From Bryobacteraceae bacterium (lineage in GTDB: Bacteria > Acidobacteriota > Terriglobia > Bryobacterales > Bryobacteraceae), in NCBI GenBank assembly GCA_035297145.1, contig DATGZN010000030.1, forward strand, positions 6,881-70,880: DNA of 64,000 bases. The letters run 5' to 3'. A program made the position numbers and the translations under genes. A model generated the notes under the pieces. That model was not told where the DNA came from. It made no database searches and saw only the letters and a list, made by a program, of their open reading frames with translations. Position 1 is the stretch's first letter; each line of letters begins with the position of its first letter. This document shows, piece by piece, positions 9,044 to 15,536 of the stretch.

Positions 9044-9502
9044 ATGATTGTCGAGTTTAATTTGCATCCGACGCTCGGTGAGGGGGTCTACGCACACGTT
9101 TTCCAAATAGATGATAAGGCATACAAGCTGTTCTTGGCCTTCCCTTCTCATCACAGCGAGGAGAAGCGTAGATCAACTTTCCAGTCGCAATGTGCGGCGT
9201 ATCAGCGTGCCGGTTCTGACCCTGATCTAAAGGAACACGTTGCTACTTTCTACGGCACTTGCGTCATTGAGGACGTGATTGATAAAACAGGACAGAGCAT
9301 CAAGGGCAACTATATGCTGGACTGTTGCTATGTTCTCGAAGCGCTGAACGGCAGCAAAACGAAGGTTCTGGCAGTCCGTGATGCCTTCAGCTATGTGGGC
9401 GAAGCTTACGTCGCCTTCCATCAGAAGGGTTTCACTTTGGCGGACGCCGATATTTTCAATTTTGACGACCCGGAGCGGTTTAAGTTTGTTGACTTTCACT
9501 GA
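9044..9502 (+). CDS. Small (152 aa) protein with protein-kinase-like motifs, ending right after a DFG-like motif.
   Basis: LGEGVYAHVF (Gly-loop-like), AYKLF (beta3 Lys-like), LADADIFN (xxDxxxxN catalytic-loop-like), VDFH at the C-terminus. Start is uncertain: ATG at 9044 (after the upstream stop), 8984 or 8933. Confidence 0.4.
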   Translation: MIVEFNLHPTLGEGVYAHVFQIDDKAYKLFLAFPSHHSEEKRRSTFQSQCAAYQRAGSDPDLKEHVATFYGTCVIEDVIDKTGQSIKGNYMLDCCYVLEALNGSKTKVLAVRDAFSYVGEAYVAFHQKGFTLADADIFNFDDPERFKFVDFH

Positions 9503-9604
9503 ACGATGGCCACTCAGGCCGCGCGGGCGTGGCCCGTGCGGAGACGGGGGACTTCGCCGTCGGCGTGAACAGCGCGGGGGCCGGGGAGAGGACGATTTCG
9601 GTGA

Positions 9605-10405
9605 TCATGGGTGCGCTCCTGGTGAAGGTTTCAAGCGATCGACGATCCTTAAAAGCTGGCTGGCGAATACGATCACCTCGGCGGCGTCTTCCGGATGCGT
9701 CGGGACGTGGCGGTGACTTTGTGGGTTCTTATAAAGACCGATCGCGCCCGCGAAGAGATTGGCCATCGCTTCCTGTTCGGCGGCCGGTAGCTGCGTATCC
9801 GTAAGCGGGCCGGGGGTTACCGCCTGGCCCTTCTTCTCGGCGGGCTTGAAGGCGTCGCGCATCAGCTCCGTGCCGTAGTCATTGGGTCCGAAGCTGCCTC
9901 CGGCGCGGACGGCGACTTCTACTTCCCGGAAGGCCTGGAAGACGGCCGTGTCGTATTCGCCGCGCATGAAAGCCGGATATACCTTGCTGGCGATGAGCGG
10001 GTGAAGCTGGGCTTTTGGCAACAGGCCCGCTTTGCGATAGGCCCCAAATTCATCGCGGGATGTGATCTGCTTGGCCCGCCGCGACACGAGGAACCAGCCC
10101 CCGGTCGAGCTTGGCTTTTCCACGAGTAAGCCCGCGCTCTGAAGCCATGCCCAGGCCTCCATGAGCGCCAGGTTCACGTCGGGTTGCCGGTTGCCGTACT
10201 CCGGCTGCTCTCGGGCGTTCGTGGGGGTCAGCGAATTAAAGAAATTGTGGCGGCTGATGCCGCCGTGCTGGTGGACGGTGTTCCCGGACACGCCCTCATA
10301 GCTGTTGAGGTGCAGGAGCAGGATGCCGGCGAGTTCTTCCACGGCGAGATCGAGGAGGTCTGCGGCATTCGGGACGAAAGACGATAAAGAGCGATACATG
10401 GTCAT
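9605..10405 (-). CDS. TIGR02391 (Hypoth_Ymh)-type protein, possibly HEPN-related.
   Basis: C-terminal half LHPLIASKVYPAFMRGEYDTAVFQAFREVEVAVR...LFAGAIGLYKNPQSHRHV...AAEVIVFASQLLRIVD fits the TIGR02391 pattern, with K where the usual RNP-x-x-H motif has R. ATG at 10405 overlaps the upstream stop (ATGA). Confidence 0.65.
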   Translation of the reverse strand: MTMYRSLSSFVPNAADLLDLAVEELAGILLLHLNSYEGVSGNTVHQHGGISRHNFFNSLTPTNAREQPEYGNRQPDVNLALMEAWAWLQSAGLLVEKPSSTGGWFLVSRRAKQITSRDEFGAYRKAGLLPKAQLHPLIASKVYPAFMRGEYDTAVFQAFREVEVAVRAGGSFGPNDYGTELMRDAFKPAEKKGQAVTPGPLTDTQLPAAEQEAMANLFAGAIGLYKNPQSHRHVPTHPEDAAEVIVFASQLLRIVDRLKPSPGAHP

Positions 10406-11106
10406 TGCACCGGGGGAACGCCGCGGACGATGACCAGGCGGCGGTTGTTGCGGGCGTCCCAGTCGAGCTCGATGCGGCTTAACGGCTCGGTGCATTGCTC
10501 GTCGCAGAACTGCGTGAAGTTAAACGTCACGTTGAAGGGATCGACGCTGACGACGGTGGCCATGCCCTCGCGATCAACGCCCGGCGCCCACTCCGGATAG
10601 TGGTTGCCGAGGCGCTTGTTGACGGTGCGGACGGTGACGTATTTGCCTTTGCACTTCAGCAGCTCTCCGGCCGGGCTGCAATGCGAGGTGAGGAGGTCAC
10701 GATAGAGACTGTCCGAGGCCTTCACGCTCCGGGAACCGGAGCGAATGTAGGCCGGGCCTGCAAAATGCGGCTTGTCCTTGCTATAGGAGATTTCGACGGC
10801 GACAACGCGCTTCCCGTCGAGATCCAGGACGCTCTTCCCCGGACGGATGGCCGGATAGCACTCTTCCCCGGCTTCGCCGACGCGCCTCTGCACTTTCTCG
10901 GGGTCATCGACTCCGAGGAGAGCGCCGGTCTTGTCGTCGACCCCGATGAACAGTACGGCCGTTTCCGTTTCTGGCAGGGAATTCGAAAAGGCGACCAGCG
11001 TCTGACGCAGCTCGTGGCCTTTGACGGATTGCGGCTTTCGTTCGACGAAATTATCTTCGGAGGGGCGTGTCGCCAGGCGAGCGGTGAGCCGTTGTTCGGT
11101 TGTCAT
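10402..11106 (-). CDS. AlbA_2 (Schlafen-like) domain protein, second copy.
   Basis: EDNFVERKPQS...LVAFSNSLPETETAVLFIGVDD...GKRVVAVEISYSKDKPHFAGPAYIRSGSRS matches the AlbA_2 pattern. The ATG at 11106 gives an ATGA overlap with the upstream stop (an alternative ATG lies at 11124). Confidence 0.7.
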   Translation of the reverse strand: MTTEQRLTARLATRPSEDNFVERKPQSVKGHELRQTLVAFSNSLPETETAVLFIGVDDKTGALLGVDDPEKVQRRVGEAGEECYPAIRPGKSVLDLDGKRVVAVEISYSKDKPHFAGPAYIRSGSRSVKASDSLYRDLLTSHCSPAGELLKCKGKYVTVRTVNKRLGNHYPEWAPGVDREGMATVVSVDPFNVTFNFTQFCDEQCTEPLSRIELDWDARNNRRLVIVRGVPPVQ

Positions 11107-12110
11107 GCGCTGGCCCTTTCCCACTGGTCATATTTCTGAACGAGAGGTTCCTTGGCGATGTCGAGGGGCTGTCCCCACAGCGCGCGACGCTGATCGTCCG
11201 GGAGCTTCCAGAAGGCCGCGATCGCGGCTTCCGTCCCGAAGTGGTTCCGGAGCGCGGCCTCGCGGAGCAACCGTGAATACGCGTCACGAGCGAGGTGCTC
11301 GATTTGCCTGGTCCTGTGCCAGCAAACGTCCTCCCGCTGGTCAGCGGGATAACTCTGCACGGCTTCGTCCCAGGGGTTCAGGTGCTCCGTGTCGCTGCGC
11401 ATGGCGAAGGCCTCCACCAACAGGTCGCGGGTGTCGTCGCCGGCGCGGGCGAAGGTCTGGCAGCGGTGTACGAATTGTTTTTCAGTCCGGCCGATGTCCG
11501 GGAGGATGAGGGCCTCCAGTGATCTGACGAATTGATGGAGACGGTCCTGGCCGGTCTCCTTCAGGCCGTTGAACAGCGTATTCATTCCTCGAATGACCCG
11601 CCTGAACTGGGTTTTGTCGGCGTCCATCGCTGCGACGCCCGCGCGTAGCGAGATGCCGTCTTCAAGCCAGGCCGTGTTGATGGGCGCACGCTTCCAGCCT
11701 TTGCTTTGGTGGAACGCGGGCATCTGGCTCATCTGCCGGATGCCGGGAACGCCGTTGACGGAAGATCCACACAACAGATCGGCGCCGTCGGCGACCTCGA
11801 TGCCGGCGCGGAGGTGCAGCATGTAGAACAGCAGGCTCAGGTCATTGTCCAGCCGGTGGTGCACAGCGTCGAGGATTTCGGGATTGTCCGATGGTTCTTC
11901 CACAAAGAGCACGAGATTGGCCCGGCCGAGGCGCTCCATGCGGATGGAACCGATCCACTCTTTCCAGATGCCGAGGTCGGGGACCGGCACGGCGGGCATC
12001 ACCCAGGTTCCATCGGAAAGCTGGAACGCGGCGCCGGGAAGGTCGGTGTAGACGTTATTGACTGTCAGCATGGCGAACTTGCTTTTAGTCTGGAACGAGT
12101 GGAGGCCCAT
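11103..12110 (-). CDS. Hypothetical 335-aa protein with an Rx4H (HEPN-like) motif in a helical C-terminal half.
   Basis: Long ORF with normal composition. FAMRSDTEHL contains R-x4-H. No other family recognised. Confidence 0.55.
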   Translation of the reverse strand: MGLHSFQTKSKFAMLTVNNVYTDLPGAAFQLSDGTWVMPAVPVPDLGIWKEWIGSIRMERLGRANLVLFVEEPSDNPEILDAVHHRLDNDLSLLFYMLHLRAGIEVADGADLLCGSSVNGVPGIRQMSQMPAFHQSKGWKRAPINTAWLEDGISLRAGVAAMDADKTQFRRVIRGMNTLFNGLKETGQDRLHQFVRSLEALILPDIGRTEKQFVHRCQTFARAGDDTRDLLVEAFAMRSDTEHLNPWDEAVQSYPADQREDVCWHRTRQIEHLARDAYSRLLREAALRNHFGTEAAIAAFWKLPDDQRRALWGQPLDIAKEPLVQKYDQWERASA

Positions 12111-12156
12111 GGTTCCATCGTAGCCGCGGTCTGGCGTGATGCCCCGCCAGTGCCAA

Positions 12157-12447
12157 CTATTCCGGGTCGTCCCAGCTCAAGGTGCACCGTTCTCCATGGG
12201 CAATCTGCCGCTCATAGCTGACCGGGTCGTCAGCCTTGAGCCGGAGTAACCAGTAAACGCGGTTCACGGCGTTCTTCATGATGAGCTTAATTTCGTCATC
12301 AGAGATCCGCGAATAGCCGACTTTGCCGTTGCAAGCGGGACAAGTTTTGCCGGCGTGCACGTCCTCGATCGGGCCGTTGCGAAACGCCAGGACGACAATG
12401 GCTTTTGCTTCACGGATAAGATCGCTCTGATCGGATTTTGGTGTCAT
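12157..12447 (-). CDS. Hypothetical 96-aa protein, first gene of the four-gene operon.
   Basis: ORF directly downstream of a strong promoter-like element. Contains CPAC. No family recognised. Confidence 0.5.
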   Translation of the reverse strand: MTPKSDQSDLIREAKAIVVLAFRNGPIEDVHAGKTCPACNGKVGYSRISDDEIKLIMKNAVNRVYWLLRLKADDPVSYERQIAHGERCTLSWDDPE

Positions 12448-12482
12448 TTCGAGTGCGCTTCTTTCAAGCTGACTGAAACGGC

Positions 12483-12511
12483 AGTATAACGGTACTTTGA
12501 GTCGCGGTCAA
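12483..12511 (-). promoter_or_regulatory. Sigma70-type promoter (TTGACC-17 nt-TATACT) reading into 12447->9605.
   Basis: The reverse complement of 12483-12511 reads TTGACC GCGACTCAAAGTACCGT TATACT, about 35 nt upstream of the ATG at 12447. Confidence 0.45.
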
Positions 12512-12560
12512 AACCTCGCGGCCAGTGCATGACGCGACCTAGAATGGAGCAAGCAGGCGG

Positions 12561-12854
12561 CTAGCGCAATGTCGGCCGCCGACTGAACAACAGCCCCTTC
12601 GGACCTTTCCACTCCTGGCGCCGCTGCTCAATCCACCGCTGCAGTGCGGCTCCTTCGACGGTGTACACCTTGCCGCTGTTCACGACCTCGAAAACCGTAG
12701 CCACGGTCGGGACCGGCAGTACCGCCTGCAGCTGCGCGTTGGCATGAGTGACGTAAAGATGCGCAGCGTCATAAGTACTCGACGCGATAACGTCCAGGCT
12801 GTGCCGGCGGCCGGACGCATCCGTGACGGTAACCGTGCACCAGTGTTCGGGCAT
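12561..12854 (-). CDS. Hypothetical 97-aa protein.
   Basis: ORF with plausible composition. No motif recognised. Confidence 0.4.
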   Translation of the reverse strand: MPEHWCTVTVTDASGRRHSLDVIASSTYDAAHLYVTHANAQLQAVLPVPTVATVFEVVNSGKVYTVEGAALQRWIEQRRQEWKGPKGLLFSRRPTLR

Positions 12855-12949
12855 ACCAAAAATAGTTTACCGCCATGGGCGAACAAACGGAGAATACACG
12901 CACGGACGCTGCGGGGCTACGCGGCTTCGGCTTCGTCGGCCGGCTGATT

Positions 12950-13402
12950 CTACCGGCGCGCGGATCGCCCCCGCGTTGAGCCGGACCGGTTGGGAGCAGG
13001 CGACAGAGCTTCCAGAATGCGGCAATTGCCGATTAGACTTTTTCCCGGACACCGGCGCTGGATTCGGCGCAGCTCAGCCGCAAGCCCTCGCAGGTCGGCG
13101 ACTTTCCGCTCAATTTCCTTCAGGTGGTTCGCAGTAATTCGATCGACCTCGGAACACTTCTGCCTAGGTTGAGTGGACAGGCGCAGAAGATCGCGGACCT
13201 GGTCGAGCGTGAAGCCGAAGCTCCGGCATCGGTGAATGAACTGCAGCCGGTGCAAGTGTTCCTGCTTGTAGGCGCGGTAATTACCCTCCGTGCGCGGCGG
13301 CGGCGGCATGAGTTTGATTTGCTCGTAATACCGGATGGTCACGACCTTGACCCCAGCTTCTTTCGAGAGATGGCCGATGCTCATACGCCCGGCTAAATTC
13401 AT
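12950..13402 (-). CDS. MerR-family, heavy-metal-type transcriptional regulator.
   Basis: N-terminal HTH MSIGHLSKEAGVKVVTIRYYEQIKL and NYRAY. C-terminal Cys pair CPGKSLIGNC plus an upstream Cys (QKCSEV), as in CueR/ZntR/CadR-type sensors. Start at 13402 (MNLAG) or 13384 (MSIGH). Confidence 0.8.
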   Translation of the reverse strand: MNLAGRMSIGHLSKEAGVKVVTIRYYEQIKLMPPPPRTEGNYRAYKQEHLHRLQFIHRCRSFGFTLDQVRDLLRLSTQPRQKCSEVDRITANHLKEIERKVADLRGLAAELRRIQRRCPGKSLIGNCRILEALSPAPNRSGSTRGRSARR

Positions 13403-13406
13403 ACGC

Positions 13407-13437
13407 TTGACCCTATAGTTACTATAGGCCGCATTCT
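13407..13437 (+). promoter_or_regulatory. MerR-type promoter/operator: TTGACC, 19-nt spacer containing a perfect 7-3-7 dyad, weak -10.
   Basis: TTGACC at 13407-13412. CCTATAG-TTA-CTATAGG at 13412-13428. CATTCT at 13432-13437. The ATG of the downstream gene is at 13444. Confidence 0.6.
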
Positions 13438-13443
13438 GTAAAG

Positions 13444-13971
13444 ATGAACAGGACCAAATGCGCGTTGATCGCATCTTTGTTTCTTTGCCGTGGAAACGCC
13501 TTCGCGCAGTCGGTCGACGTCGACAAGGAGCCGGAGCCTGTCGCAATCGTGGAGCTTGGGGGAGCTGGTAGCTGGAACCTCAAAGGCGGATCGAGCTTCG
13601 GCGCGGACCTAGCGGCTGAAGTTACGCCGATAGAGAACTGGCTGGAACTCGAAGCGGGCGTCACGCCGCTTTTCACCCGTCACTTGACAGAATGGGATAC
13701 CGACCTTCTGTTTAAGAAGCCTTGGACCCTCTCGAAAAAAGCGGAGTTCATGATCGGCATTGGCCCGGAGTGGATTCATACGCGGCAATACGGCGTGACA
13801 ACGAACTCGATCGCCGCTGAGGCCGTGCTGGATTTTATGTACTGGCCCTCCGGGAAGCATAGGTTCGGCTGGTTTATCGAACCGGGCTACGAGTACAACT
13901 TTGGGCGAGGGCATGAGCGATCAATTGGCATAAGCGGCGGCCTGCTGATCGCGATCCGACGAGGCCCATAG
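13444..13971 (+). CDS. Secreted small beta-rich protein (possibly outer-membrane), the likely MerR-controlled cargo.
   Basis: Signal-peptide-like N-terminus MNRTKCALIASLFLCRGNAFAQS. Alternating hydrophobic/aromatic pattern with Gly-rich turns. Confidence 0.55.
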   Translation: MNRTKCALIASLFLCRGNAFAQSVDVDKEPEPVAIVELGGAGSWNLKGGSSFGADLAAEVTPIENWLELEAGVTPLFTRHLTEWDTDLLFKKPWTLSKKAEFMIGIGPEWIHTRQYGVTTNSIAAEAVLDFMYWPSGKHRFGWFIEPGYEYNFGRGHERSIGISGGLLIAIRRGP

Positions 13972-14126
13972 GGGTCCGAGAGTCAAACGGATTCGCCGCT
14001 GCCGTGCCATGGATTGAAGTGAGAACGCCGGCGACGGAGGTCTATGCTTGCCAGTCCCCGATACCAGGAATCGGGACGAGCCATTGATGAGGTTTGGAGC
14101 GTTGAAGGGAAATTGAAGAGCGGCCG

Positions 14127-15071
14127 TCAGGCCGGCGCGCTCTCAGGTTTCGCCTGCAGGCCGTGCAGATAGTCTGCGGCCCGCTGTGCATGAGCCGCCG
14201 CGCTGAAAATCGCGCGCTTGTCTTCGCGCAGCACGTTGAGCCAGTGGCCGACGTAATCGGCGTGGTCCGCGCGGATATCAGGCGTGATGCCGAGGTCGGC
14301 GCAAAGGAAGGCGGCGCCAAGTTCCGCGACCAGCTCTTCGCGGCTGTACCCGGTATCGCCGAAGCGTTTCGCGCCGAAATCCCGGTTCAGCCGGCTTGGA
14401 TGTTTGGTGTAATGCGTGAGCTCATGCAGCGCCGTAGCGTAATAGCTTTCCTTGTCCTTGAACGCCTCGAACGGCGGCATCTGGATCATGTCTCTTGCCG
14501 GTGCGTAGAACGCCATGTTCCCGCCGTGCTGGATCGTCGCGCCGGTGGCGGCCAGGAAGCGGTCCGCCTCATCGATGCGCTCGGATGCTGGTAGCGGATT
14601 TTCCGGCCGTGCGTAATAGTGCTGCGGCAGGCCTTCGATCTGCTCGCAGTTGAAGACCGTGTAACCCTTCATGAACGGGATGTCACGCTCGACGTCGTCG
14701 CCGTTCTCGTCGCGCTCGGTGCGCGTCACGGTATTGGCGAAGACCACGAGGGAACCGTGCTCGCCCTTGCGGACGTGGGCGTCGAGCTCAAGCGCCTGCT
14801 TGAATGTCATCCAGATCGGCGTGGTGTAGCCCTTGGCCATGGCCTCGCCCCAGAGAAGCAGGATATTGATGCCGCGGTACGGCGTGCTGTTGTGGCGCAG
14901 CGGCCTGGTGATCTTGCCGGCCGCGTGTTCGGCGGGGCAGGGTTTCATCCACGGGCGGATGCCATTTTCGAGATCGGCGATGATGCGGTCGGTTACGCGG
15001 GAGTAAACGTCCTTGGTCAGCCGCTGTTCGCTGTCTTGCGTCTTCGATTGTTCTTTCGTCAGTGTTGCCAT
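14127..15071 (-). CDS. ardC: ArdC-like anti-restriction protein (N-terminal ssDNA-binding domain plus zincin metalloprotease domain).
   Basis: N-terminal VTDRIIADLENGIRPWMKP...PYRGINILLLW...TFKQA pattern. C-terminal HExxH (ALHELTHY) followed by EELVAELGAAFL. Confidence 0.85.
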   Translation of the reverse strand: MATLTKEQSKTQDSEQRLTKDVYSRVTDRIIADLENGIRPWMKPCPAEHAAGKITRPLRHNSTPYRGINILLLWGEAMAKGYTTPIWMTFKQALELDAHVRKGEHGSLVVFANTVTRTERDENGDDVERDIPFMKGYTVFNCEQIEGLPQHYYARPENPLPASERIDEADRFLAATGATIQHGGNMAFYAPARDMIQMPPFEAFKDKESYYATALHELTHYTKHPSRLNRDFGAKRFGDTGYSREELVAELGAAFLCADLGITPDIRADHADYVGHWLNVLREDKRAIFSAAAHAQRAADYLHGLQAKPESAPA

Positions 15072-15536
15072 ATAGGCCTCCTTGTTTTTTGCTCAACTAC
15101 GGGCAACAAGGGGCCGGCCGGAAAAGCGTGACTGTCACCGTTAGGGAAACGGCCAACACGGGAGCGAAGCGAACGGAGCGGGCAGAGCCGTTGACAGGCA
15201 CGCGCGGGCGGCCATGATGCCCGATAGTGGGTTGAGCAAAACGAGAGAGGCCGAGGCTGAGAAACTGACGGAAATCGAAGGCAGCTTTACGGCTGGTGTG
15301 CGGCTGTCCTAAAGAGGCCGGGCGGGAAACGCTGGCGAATCGGCCGTGGCTTAGAGGCGAGATGGGGCGCGGTCCCGGATTCGCAAGCCTGGGTCAGAAA
15401 AAGCAAGGAGTGGCAGATAGTTGGCGGAAGCGGTTCCCGGAAAACCTTCGGAGCAGATGACGGTTGGTAGACGCGCAATTGCGCGGCGAGGATGCATACG
15501 ATAGTGTGACGACGAGAATCTGAAGGGGACTATTTC

